From Klebsormidium nitens (Eukaryota; Plantae; Klebsormidiophyceae): a stretch of 63,761 nt of DNA. A program made the translations under genes and the position numbers. The stretch spans positions 322,965 to 386,725 of the forward strand of contig DF236969.1 in NCBI GenBank assembly GCA_000708835.1, in the 5' to 3' direction. Positions 34,237 through 46,200 of the stretch are shown one piece after another. Every line of letters begins with the position of its first letter. Position 1 is the first letter of the stretch. A model generated the notes under the pieces. It saw only the letters and a program-made list of their open reading frames with translations. It made no database searches and was not told the origin of the DNA.

Positions 34237-37206
34237 ATGGTTGAGTCTGGGTGGAAGGAAGACATCCTCAGCCGCATGGCTGCAAGGGATAGAAACCTGG
34301 CATCACACCCACTGGTGCACGGACTCCTCGACCGCATTGCCGTAGCAGATGGGAACCAAACTATGTGGGACTTCATGTCCAGCCTGAGTCCACCACAAGC
34401 AGACAGCCCACAAATTGCTTCAGGGGAGGTTAGTTACATTCAGCCGGCGCTGGCGTTGAAATGGAGGGGGGTGGGACGAATCAAGGCGGGCAGGGCATAC
34501 ACGTCTTCTGGGGGGTTGGACATCAACTCGCTTATTCTTATGAAGCCTGGAGAAGGAGAAGTGAACGACTACAAAAGGCTGCATTCTAGAAAGGATTGGG
34601 TGGTGGGGTTTCTAGAGCCATTTCCCAGGACAGAGGAGGGAAAAGGACTGTGGAAGGTGAGTTTCTTTCTGGTTAGTTCCAGATATCTGCCCCCAGAATC
34701 AAATTCCAACCTTATCTTCTTCATTCTGTGGCCGTAAGGTTGCAACTTGAAGCACTGAATTTCATCAGTGGTTTTTGCGTTGAGTCTGGTGCTGGGATTT
34801 GAAGTCGTTGGTGTTTCAGAGACACTCAAGCTGTTCTGGCCCTTTGCACGAGGGCGTCAAGATAGAGGACTGTCCTCATCAACCAAGCAATCGGCTCTGG
34901 TGAGTGCTCTGTAGATACGGGTTCCATAGACCAATTGCCGAGAGCTACGTAGAAGAGTTAGCGCATAGCCGCACCGCCAATCACTCTTTCAGTGCACCAG
35001 TTTGATTGCTCATCTTATCTTGGTACGAGTTGATGAAAGCACATCATTGAGAGCTAACAGGGAAGTAATGCATTGTTTGAGAGTTCGACCCTGCTTTTTG
35101 TCTTATCTTAAAGGAAGAGCTTCGGCCGAATGTAATGAAAGTAGATGGCATCTGATTCTGCATCTAATGACAAGAGCAAGAACTGGTCGTGCGTTTCATT
35201 AAGCCTCATTTCTCTTATCACAGTCTTTATTCACAACACTGAAAAGTCTCTTTTTTAGTGCCTGCAATCGCTCTGCAGAAAAGGACCAATCTTTACTGCC
35301 CTCTTCTCTTATCTTTCCTCCTTCGAAATGTGCAGATCGACAGGGCGGAAGTTGACAGGGGATTCTCTGATTCAAAGTCAGCTTTGCACTTTGATAACTA
35401 CTCTGAATGCACGTCGTTTGTGAAAGACCCGCAATACCTTATTGGGTTCCTGGCCCCTGTTTATCAATGTCAACCCGTATTGGCTCTGGAAACAGAAAGA
35501 GGTTCGCTGAATCGCTGTTCTTCTCAGCTGTACTCTCCCTACAAATTAATTAATGCGACGCATGCCCTACTGGGCGACTTCCTCTTCATGCGCCTGAATT
35601 TCAAGGACGATGGGTACAACATTCGTGGGAACGCGATCGGGTTTCCAGGCGGGGATCGCGTCAAACGAGCTGGCGCATCAGATGCAGACGAAGTCAATTT
35701 GATGGTGATTTGTCCGGCGAGGGATGAGAACGGAGGCCAATGCTGGACAGAGACCACAAAAGACCTGCTAAAGGTGAGGAGTCGCCTTTCCGTGCAGTGC
35801 ATTGCAATGGTTTCAATGTTCTATGCGCTGTGGATCACAAATCAGTCATGCGCCAGAGGATTTAGGCGGCGTCGGCCAAAGCAAAAGGGCGTGTTCACTC
35901 AAATTGCTTTAAGACTCTCTCTGACAATCAACTGGTGCAGGCAAAGTAAGCTTTGCTCGCATGCTTCAAGTCAGTAGCATATATTGAGATCTCCATCTGT
36001 CGGACAACCTCCTCTGCGCCAATAAAGCATGGTTGACAACAGGGTGGAAATGCTTAGGAAGTTATTTGAATGTGCTTACAATCTTGGTCGAATTTGTAGT
36101 TCCCAGGTGGTTCAAAAACCTCTTGTTGTTCTTGGCATGGAAGCTGCCCGCAGTGCTTGTGACAGGTTCATCAGTGTGTTTTGAGTGCGCAACGTATGAC
36201 AAAGAGGCCGTAAGCTGATTGGATCGTGAAAAGGGACTTGCCAGGGACCTGTTAGGAGCAGAGCAAGCATCCTGTATCATATTGAAACTTTGGGGCCAAC
36301 GTTGTGGTCGGATAACCCTCAAGGGTGAGTCGTCTGAAAAGGCGACTGTAGCATGATACAGATTTGCAGCTAAGAAAAAACACCGCTGAACCCCTGCGGC
36401 ACAGGAGGCCCTGAAAGCTCATATGCTTGAAGCCGACATCCATGTTATGCTACTGTAGAGTCCCGCTCCTGGAACAGGGTACTACATCATACAGAACTAT
36501 ACGTTTTATCCTTCATAGACAACAACCAGGATGGATTGAACCTCTTGTGGACCTTCTCATGCAGGCGAAGAGGTACGACGAGATCTTCCAGACGGGCCAG
36601 CTCGTGCTGCCGCGCAGACAGCGGTGGCCGTATTCTGTCGGAGCCGTCGTCTTTGTCCGGAAGCGGGACAAGGAGGTCGGGGCTGCCAAGCAACGGCTGC
36701 ACATTGTGGACATTTTGCTGGACCAGACCAAAGTCCCCACCTTCGAAGGGGGGCCTAAACTCGCTGAAGTCGTGCACCAGGTCTTGCATGGGTTCGTCGT
36801 TGGTGTCGGCCGGGAAATGGATCGAAAAAGCGGAGACGAGCGGGCGCAGAAGCAAGGTGATGTGCAAGATGCACCAGAGGCTTCGAAAGCAGACAGTGGG
36901 GAGGAAGCGTCGGAGATCTTCCTCGCAGAAAGCGTGTTCATCAATGGGAAGTGGCCGGGAACCTGGAGAATGGAACTCACGGCCGCGGTCGAAACTCTCG
37001 GTTTTGTGAAGGAGAAGGGGGGGTGGCTCCATGGGTCCAAGCGGTGCTCGAAGTGCGGTGCAAGCGGCGTCGCGGTAAAGACGTGCAGTGGGTGCAGACG
37101 TGCTCAGTATTGCTCGAAGGAGTGCCAGGTGGCGGCCTGGAAGGAGGGGCACAAGGTGGAGTGTAGACGTGCTAGCGCAGCAGGAGCAGCTGACGTTAAG
37201 TCGTGA
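34237..37206 (+). CDS. MYND-type zinc-finger protein, copy M2; unknown N-terminal domain; middle exons uncertain
   Basis: C-terminal CSKCGASGVAVKTCSGCRRAQYCSKECQVAAWKEGHKVEC is a MYND finger. Exon 1 ends WK/GTGAGT and the last exon starts at 36565 after CAG. Confidence 0.8.
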
Positions 37207-37380
37207 GCTGCAGCATCTTTCCGCCTTCAATTATTCCGTTTCTCCTTGAAAGCTGGACAGCATTCATGGGAAGCTCGTCTTGCAGAGATCAACAGATCTG
37301 TAACATTATGCACAACTGACAAAAGAGTCGATCGGTCACAGCGTCACATGATTGATAGAGCCTATCCGTATAGAGCCATG

Positions 37381-37408
37381 GCGTTAGTCACGTGCACGTG
37401 ACTAACGC
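37381..37408. promoter_or_regulatory. Perfect 28-bp palindrome containing two abutting G-boxes (CACGTG)
   Basis: GCGTTAGTCACGTGCACGTGACTAACGC equals its own reverse complement. A regulatory role is inferred only. Confidence 0.5.
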
Positions 37409-38322
37409 GTTTCGATCCGGCCGGCTGCACGTGGACTTGGCCGCGCGCCCGCGTGGGCCGTTGATGCATGCTCAGAATGGTATACCGTTACATATTGAGA
37501 GCTGCAGGCTGGCTGGCAGCTGTTACGCAGCCTTCGAAGACAGCACCAGTTGAAACTTAGCTTAGCATGGTCACGAGGCAGTTATGGCAGGCAGTCACGC
37601 ACGGGGCCGCTCTAGTACGTTCAGCATGGGGGGCTTCGAATACGTCTGAACTCGCACGCATTCCGCGGCCGGGCGGCAGCACACTCGCAGCTCTGAGGTG
37701 GTTGATGTTGGAAGGCACATTTGCATGACGGATGCCGGGCTCAGAGCTCCCTGGTCACTGAGCTGGAAAAGGTACTAAAGTCACGCAGTCTACTGTAGGT
37801 TGATCATTTAATGCACTTGAAATGTGACCACGGACTCCCGCACACCCCTCACATGTTACCTCAAGGCTATAAGCTGGCTGACTCGTCCCAAATTAATGAG
37901 CTCTAGACTAGAGGTTGCTTAGGTGTATTCAAAACGGGAGGGAATTGCGAGCAGTTGTGCACACACCAGTGCGATCGATTCCACCAGATTCGAAGATCTG
38001 CTGGCATCTCATTTTTGGCATCGATGAACTCCTCATGCACTGAGCGTCTTGGAATGCGAGCCAGATGAGATCATGCAATAGGCATTAGAACGCTGAAACC
38101 ATTGAACACTTTAGGCATGCTGGCCTCGAGGCTCAAATAGCAGTCGATGCAAGCACGATTCGTTTCGAAGCCCTTGCTTCCTTACCCACTGCAGTTCATT
38201 GCGACAATCCGGGAAGCGTTGTTCATCGGAACTAATGCCGACGCTAAACGTTTTCTCAGACACTCGAAACATCCACGCTGGTCTACGAAACACCTACGTA
38301 CCCTTCGCATGCGATTGAACAA

Positions 38323-40919
38323 CTACAGGTTGTGCAGCTTGCTTCGCTCGTCAAGATATCCTGCATCAAAAGTAACAAACAAGCGAGTCAACTTCAAGAG
38401 GATGATTCTGGTTCACCGAACAGAGGACACGACACGTGAGTTCAAGAGTCACAAGAACCGCCGGAACAAGGAAATGAGCTCACACACACTGCGGCCGTCT
38501 ATCCTGGCCCCGCGCGTACACGGTTAGCCAGGCGCCAACTGGACGCCAAACATGAGATTGATTTAAAATATATTGGTAGCTCTTTGCACGTACAGGCCGT
38601 TGAAAAGGCGGCAAACGTACGCACCTGGCAGCCTGGCAGACGCCTCCTCGTGATCGAGCGAGATGAAGTGCGCCACGAACTCTGAGAGTTCCCTCATGCT
38701 TCCCTTCTCGACGATCTTGAGCTCCTCAACCGCCATTGCAGCCTCTTGGTCTGTCAAGGCTGTCATTCTGGTCACATAATCCACCATGTCTGGATGGACG
38801 GGATTGAGATGTGCCGGACTTTCAGTAGCCTCGCGAGGCCAGCCTCTGCAAAGGGACAGGGAAATAAATCCAGTCAACAAGATAGATACTTGGGAGCAAA
38901 GAGCGGTCACTGTTGGCGGCACTGTTGCTGACGGCAGCGAGCAACCCCCAAAGTTGCAGAGCAAGCGCAGTCTTCGAAGGCAGATCTAGTGAGCAAAGAT
39001 TCAAAGATCGGTTCTCAGGAGCTTCCCGGAGGACCGCTTCTCTCTGTCAAAGTTTATGAGAAGCCGCTTCTACCTAGCTTTTTCTTGAGAACCGACTGCA
39101 CGCGGTCGTCTGAAGTGACGAGGATGACCTGAAGCGAGCCTTTTGCGTGCATCGAGAGGAGCAGGCGAATGCTTTGAAGAACGTCCCAGGAGAGAGTAAG
39201 CTCTCCGTTCTTCTCCTTCCGAAGACCATTCTCAAGGTCGTCCAATACGATGGTGGCCCGCTCTCGGTGTCGTTTCTCAAACGACGACAGAGTCTTCGCA
39301 AGGAAGGGTGAGGACGGATCCATCCCTGTGCGAGAAACTGTCCATGCAATTAGAACCAAGCCCTGCATCAAACTCCTGTTAGATGTACTCAGCAAGACAT
39401 ATTCTCCTATACTGACCTGCCACAACAACTCATGATATTAAGCATCTTTGGAAGGGTGAGGCCTCAAATCTGTCGCTTTCAATGTTGTTTGCAGATTGAG
39501 ATAAGACACCTTTTCAAATGACACTTCAAGGCCGTTGTCTCAGCCCCTCGCACCTACCTTTGACCACCTCCTCCTGCCAATCGACTCTGAAGAATGCCAC
39601 ACCTTTGCGGCCGCTGATCCGGTGCTCTAACCACGTGCTCTTCCCACAACCAGCAGGGCCTTCGTCAGAGAACAACAGCAATCAATAAGCCTGCATGCTG
39701 CTTCCGCTTCCAACGTTCCTATTTAATCAACATCCTTACAGGCACAGGTACCTTACCTTTGTGACTTGTCGATCGAATCCATATTACCGAGATAATGGCG
39801 GACCTATCTGGTCAACCAAGATTTCACTCAGAGAGTGTAACTCCAAAGCTGTCAACAGACTCGCGGGCATCAAGAAGCTTCAAATGCAGAATCAGTAGGC
39901 TGACCTACGACAAGAATGGCTTCACTTGAGCAGTCGAACACGCAATCCACTTCGGGACGTTCCATGAACGGAGCACCTGCAAAACACATCAGAAATGTCG
40001 CTCCGGGAAAACGGATCAATCTCCCAAATGCTTTGCCACTCTATTCATGCGCTAACACTAGCCATCAGAAAGCTTAATTAGTGCCGGCTTTGCGACTCTG
40101 AACGGATACAATCTGCAAAAGCAGGCCTGTTTACTATGCGTCAGACCCTGCAAGTATCGCGAAGCTTTAACAAATGTGTTGCAAAGTTATATACCTCCTG
40201 TCTTATTCAAAAGGGGATGAACAAGACCTTGCAGACTAGCAGCTCAGTACTCTCATCGAAGTGTGGAAGCTGTAAAGAAAGTGATTGCTGCCTTCTGTGA
40301 CTGTCTTACAATGACTTCCGCAATGAACGGGTAGGTTCGCCTCCCGCGTACGCCACAGACGTAGGTACAGAGCACCCGCCTCATGCACGTTGAGTACTCT
40401 ATCGTACAACCACTTTGGACCTTTGCCGTTGTTATGCGCGGAAAAGCCCAAGAAGATGAGCACGAACGGTGCACCGATGACCAGAAAGACAGTTCCAACT
40501 TCTGCTGCAAGAGAATAAACGTCTCCCGGGCCCGCTCTTGTTGAACATGGCTGTGTCTTCCTGATTGTGCGTGCATGCCGAGATAGTCTTCTACTGTTCA
40601 ATCCAACTTTCACGGTCCCGTTACCAAAGATCTGACTCGAATTACTCGATGGAATGTTTATCATGCAACCGGCCGGGCGCTTTTGAAAGCCAGAAGGTGA
40701 TTGGCGCAGGAATACTGGAACTTGGCAGTACTGATGGCTGAAACGCGAATCTATGATGCTGCTTGCATCAATCTCGGCTGTCAACTTTGTCTGAAATCTC
40801 AAATTGCTGTAGGTCTTAGATACCCGCTCAAAAGAACGGATGCTAAGGCTGATACGTCTGCTCAGCCGGCAGAATGCACTTGGCAACGACGAACCGGCAA
40901 CCACGTTTGAACTAGACAT
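38323..40919 (-). CDS. Uncharacterised P-loop-NTPase-like protein, copy A2; probable first exon 40919 to about 40240 encodes a transit-peptide-like region and one transmembrane helix
   Basis: ATIVLDD is Walker-B-like and exons 39332-39080 and about 38800-38630 are homologous to A1. The upstream ORF has a Ser/Arg-rich start and the hydrophobic VGTVFLVIGAPFVLIFLGF. Linkage of this ORF to the downstream exons is inferred. Confidence 0.45.
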
Positions 40920-43223
40920 TTCTTGTTGCTATTAAGCACCAGTAGCTCTTAGCTCAACAACTGTTTATGAAGTAAGTCAGGCCTGATCAGTAGATTAGCA
41001 AATTGGGTAATGGCTTTTCCTAACTAGCTAGCTGACCGTCTTTGTCAAGCATAATTGGAATGGACCCTCCCTTGATCGTCTGACGTGGGGACTCCGCCGC
41101 TCATGCGCCGCTCCTTATTGTTGCTTGACGTCTGCGCCTGTCTGCGTCTGGAGTTGAACAAAGTCAAAGACAACCTTGAGAGACTACCGTCCGAAGTTGG
41201 TGAGCGCGGCCGCGGGGGCAACAGTGGCGGCCGGCTCGGTGTAACCTCACGCGGCCGCCGCAGAGTTTGGGGTTTAACGGGTGTAGTTTCTGTTTTGTGC
41301 CAGTTTTGAATGCACCGTGGATTGCCTGCAACTGCGCATGGAGTGGAAGGCTCAAAGAACCCTTCCTCATCACGAGGTTCACGTGGCTCCAATTATTGGG
41401 TTCGAATGATCTTCGTGCAAAGCGGCCGATCAGCTTGGGGCAAGACCAACACGGACCTTCTGGGTTTGTTGCTGCCTCTGGCCAGCGAAAAGACGTTGCC
41501 CCGGCAATATCACAGGCGCGGACTCCTGGTGGACGGTGTCCACGTGTTGCACACCTTCGGCTGTAGATCGAGGTTTTTGAGGCTCGACGGATTGGAGCTT
41601 CGACAACCGGACCTGACGCCCTTGCTTCATCGATCGCGAATGAAGTTTGAAGTGCATGTACCTCCAAGCCAGAGAGACGGTAAGCGGGCTCCCTAGGTGG
41701 CTGAAGGCTTGTCCAGTGCAGGCTGGGCCGGCCAGGAAGTTTCGTCGAGAACTAGCTCTGGTCATTTGCGGCTGGTAATATACTGGGTGAAAAAGCTTGG
41801 AACCGGCAACATGGTTCTAGCAGAACGTTTCGAGCATCGATCACCATCAATCTCAGGCGCGGCAAGTGCACCAAACTGTAGATCGATCTCGCGATTGAAG
41901 ACGGTTCCATGCCTTGCAAATATAGCCGGCTTAACGATCCTGTGATATGTCTGCAGCATGCGCCATTACGCAGAACCTCCTCATTCCGGCCCATCGGTAG
42001 CATTACATGGCCCTTAGAGATATGATGCAATACATGGAACTGTGCCACATGTGCGGCGGATCTCATTCGACATGCATGAGCACGCGTGCGATATTTGACA
42101 GCTCATGCACCGTACGCGTCTAGCTTGCTTGTATCATTTACGAGGTAAGTTGACTGCGCATGCATTTTGTTGTGAGTCATCATTGCCTGCCTAGATCCGT
42201 AGGGGTACGTCTGTCCGATCCAGGACAACTCCTCGTACATCTGCAGACACATGCACTGACCGGTACGATAACAAGCTGTGACCCGATCAGTCCCCCTGCG
42301 GGGGACTGTGGCTTGCCGTTAAGTAAGCCGTCGATCAGGTGCCGTTTGCACGAGTTGACTTTGAATTTAGCGTCACGGCGGGGCAAAGGGAAAGGGCAGG
42401 AAAGCGCAGCGCGCAATCCAATTTTCATCGTCAGTTGGTCAGGCGGCAGGCCACATGCATGCATGCGACGGCACACACTGTCGGTGACATTCCCTGGCAT
42501 CATTCAATAAACTGGTTACGAATCCTAACCCCGCATCCGATTAACCTCGTACATATCGACGCTTAACCCGACAAGTAACCCAAACATACCAGCTGGCGTA
42601 GCAGGTCGATCCCAGCCAAGCACGTCGTTACAGACCGACGGGCCATGACTGTACCGATAATTGCGGACCTCGGCCCGCAAAGTGCGGAGCGTCAGGCGCT
42701 TCTTTCTGATATTGAAAATTAGTGTCATGCATGGCGCGCCATGCGTGAACGACAATTAGCAATGTCCGGCCAAAACAGATGGCACTAAACCCTCCGTATC
42801 GAATTTTGGCTAAGCCAACGGCCAGTCTAGGAATTACGGTCTGAAAAATGGTTCACCTGCTAGCAGATGTTTCGTTCGTGATGGAACCCTATGGGTTCCC
42901 CTTGAAAGGGCAAGCCAATAATACCGGACAGTACGTAACTAGCAAATGTAAGTACGGGAAACTGATGACAGATTCAGCTTCATTCGCGACATGCAGCACC
43001 ATTCGTACTTTATGCGAGGCCCGTGGACATAGATGCAACACGAAAAGGTCAGATGAAAAAATTGCAACTCGAAGTCCGAAAGCGTGCCCGACTTATTTTA
43101 GAACTGAATCAAGGCTTGCACTTTACCGCGCCAAGATCTAAAATTTAGCTATCAAGGCGGGGCGTGTGCTTTATGCGCGCTCTACGTTTCAACATTAGCA
43201 TGCGTTACTGCGGCCCGTTTCGA

Positions 43224-46200
43224 TTACAGGTTGTCTATGTGAAGAGGCGCGATGGGATCGGCCGGAGTAAAATTGAACACCTTGGAGTAGAAGAACAGCT
43301 CCCACTCAAGTGTTGTCTTGATGTTCTCGGCCTGCGAGCAAGGGGAGAAGACCAGGTTTGCGCCTGCCAACGTCCGTGGCCTTGACTGTCCCCGACAGAA
43401 CCTTGGAACCATAGCGAGGCACATGCAAGGGGCCCTCGCTAGCACAGGCTCGCAGCATTTTCAAACAAGATCAAAGTCGGCTTGTAGTCAAACAATGTGA
43501 CGCAGGGAAGCCCGTAAAGGATCTCGACACGATGCGTCGGATGCAACTTCAAATGCGCCGACTAATTCCAGAACACGAAGTTTTCATCCGGTTCTGCAAC
43601 ACTCGTACGGGACACATAAAGTGTTCCTCACACAGTCGGCCGTTCTTATAAGACTGTGCGGGTTTCTGCAGTGCACACGGTTGATAGCACGCGAGCCGTC
43701 ATGGCCCCGTGTCTTGTTCAGCTCACCTTCCTGAAGCCGTGCTGCTCCCCTTCGTACTCGACGAGCGCCGTGGGGATCCCCTTGGCCTTCACCGCCTCGT
43801 ACATCATGCGAGCCTGGTTCGGGGGGACCACCTGCGCAGGACGAAAAGGATCAGATACACTCTGTCGAGCCACAGTCAAGGCAGAAGAAGGTTTCTCCCA
43901 CTCCTCATGCGTAGGTTTCATCTCATGCCTGGCTTGGGCATGCCATATCAGCGAGTTATAAGCTGCGCATGTTTGGAGGAGACGTGCGTGGGGGAAGATG
44001 GGAATGGCAACGATGCCACGGGTCTCCCGAGCTAGAGTACGAAGAAAAGAATAAATCGAAGGAGTGCGACGAGGGTTTTATTAAGGAGACGCATCGAGGT
44101 CGAGCACAGGTCGGAAGGAAGAAGCTGAAAAACGTAGAGAGGAGTCCGCGGCGTACCTTGTCTTCGAGGCCCTGGAAAAGAATGACCGGGCACGAGAAGC
44201 CGTCCACGTGCTTGATGGGGGACCGCTCATCGTACAGCTGGGCCGCCGTGGCCACAGGACCTGTTTGAGGACCACGCTTCAGAAAGAGGCGCTTGACAAA
44301 CGCACGCAAACGTGACGGTTGTTCGAACAGATTTGCTCAGCAAGGAAGAGAGCTTCACTGAATGACGCAGTGAGAGTGGACTGCACGGGCTGCCTGGCAT
44401 AATCCAGTCCGTCATGATCAGAGCAGGGCAGAACATGGGCAATCGCACACAGAAAGGAGTTTGCAGAAAACTTGAAATTCAAAGATTGTGACTTTCATTG
44501 CGAGAGTCGTGTGATGAGCGCTCACCCACTAGCTTGTCCAGGTAGCGCGACTCGAACTTGTGCGTCTCCTGTGCCAGGGTCATAAGGTCGCTCACCTGGA
44601 GGGACAGACAAGGACGGCAACTTAGGGGCAATGACAGACCGAAGACAAACGTGACTCGAGCGACAAGCTTCGCTACTCGACCCGTAGGAGAACGTGCGAA
44701 TGACCGACGATGCTGCTTGCTGAATGCATGCCACTTGCATAACAATTGATACACTGAATGGTGCACTTGGTGGCTCTGACAAAGGCGATCAGAGCAATAC
44801 AGCCCTAGCCTAAACAATGGGGCCTTGAAAGCTCCCCATTCCTGGAAACTGTCTGGGCCTCGAAAATGGACGGCCCACAGATGTGAAGCAAGCGGAGAAC
44901 GTCTTCGCGTTCCACCATTATCAAAGTACCCGAAGTCCCCTTCCGGTCGCTAAAGTAAACAACAGCTCCAGAGCCGGCCGCAAGTAGACTTGCCATGACA
45001 GAAACCGCACCCAGCAGCCATGGTGACGACGGTTAAACCTCCACCAAACAGCCACACAATCACCTTCGCGCCTTGCACTAGCTATCGCACATCGTTCACT
45101 GTAGCCCTGAAAATGTGCAAACTAAAGACAAAAGAGATAAGGATGCACTCATAAGCGGCCAGCGCCTGTAGTCGCCCACCCCGTAGTAGGAGCAGCCCGC
45201 CTTGAAGGTGTCCCGGAACGCGAGCACGGCCAGCGTGGTGTACCCGCCCGCGGAGCCGCCGTCAATGGCCAGCCGCTGCCCGTCCACCTTGCCGGCCTTC
45301 ACCTGCTCAAAGAGCGGGTAGTATTTGGGCCTACTATGATACAGCTCTTTGCGAGCAACCTGCCACTTTTAGATAGCGTGGGAAGCTTAAAAGTTCGTCG
45401 AAGTTAGTTGACACCATATGAGTTTCAGTCTTGACTAACTTAGTCGTCTGATTTTGAAAAGTTGCCTCTCTATCTAAAACCGGCAGGATGCTTAAAGAGC
45501 GCTGTAAAGATTGGACAATGAGTAGAGCTCTCCAGTAGAGCGACGGTCACCGTGAACCGGGGCAGGTAGGATGTCTAGCTTGAAATTTACCCATTTGAGA
45601 GCAAGTTTCGCTTCAAATACCTTCTAACGGCGCTATTTGAGAGGATACTGATGGTGTCGAGCACGTCTGAAGTCCGGGCTGCCGTCGGGTGTTATGAAGG
45701 CACTGCTTCATTATTTCAAACTCAAAGGACTTGCCCATTTGATTTCTTGCAAAGAACACCCCTCGATATCTCGCACTCAGGCATCGCCTGCAAGGGACGT
45801 GTCTGTGCGGTGTGCTCGCGCTCGCTCTCACCAGGTAGTCTGCCGCGCTACAGCAGTCGTCAATGTCTACGATGCCCCACGTGCCGTATAGCTTCTCGCG
45901 GTACTCCCGCCCGTACCCGGTGCTACCCCTGGAAAACAAATCCATGAGCACACATAAGAATGCAGTCCTTATTGGTCCATGAGGTGGGCACTAGAGAAAG
46001 GGGGGGCTTTGAGGTTACCACGATTGGCCTTGTGGTGGACGGAGCCCTCGATTCGCATGCTTCTTCAAAACGAATCCTGACGGCAGAAAAACACCTGGAT
46101 CTCAGACACCGTTCTCCTAAGGCCTGCCAAGAATACGGCAGAAAGTAAGCCACGTAAGAGTATTAAGATTGGCACGAGCAGTACCGCAACACAGGTTTCT

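Noticed and set aside
36487-37230. 247-aa minus-strand ORF
   Set aside because: It is the antisense shadow of the GC-rich last exon of M2.
41045-41959. Chain of short minus-strand ORFs with an ATGA stop/start overlap
   Set aside because: No recognisable motifs, and operon-like overlaps are not meaningful here. They could be 5' exons of A2 or another gene, but this is unsupported.
42520-42585. Interstitial telomeric repeat
   Set aside because: The TAACC motifs are spaced and degenerate, not a tandem telomere tract.
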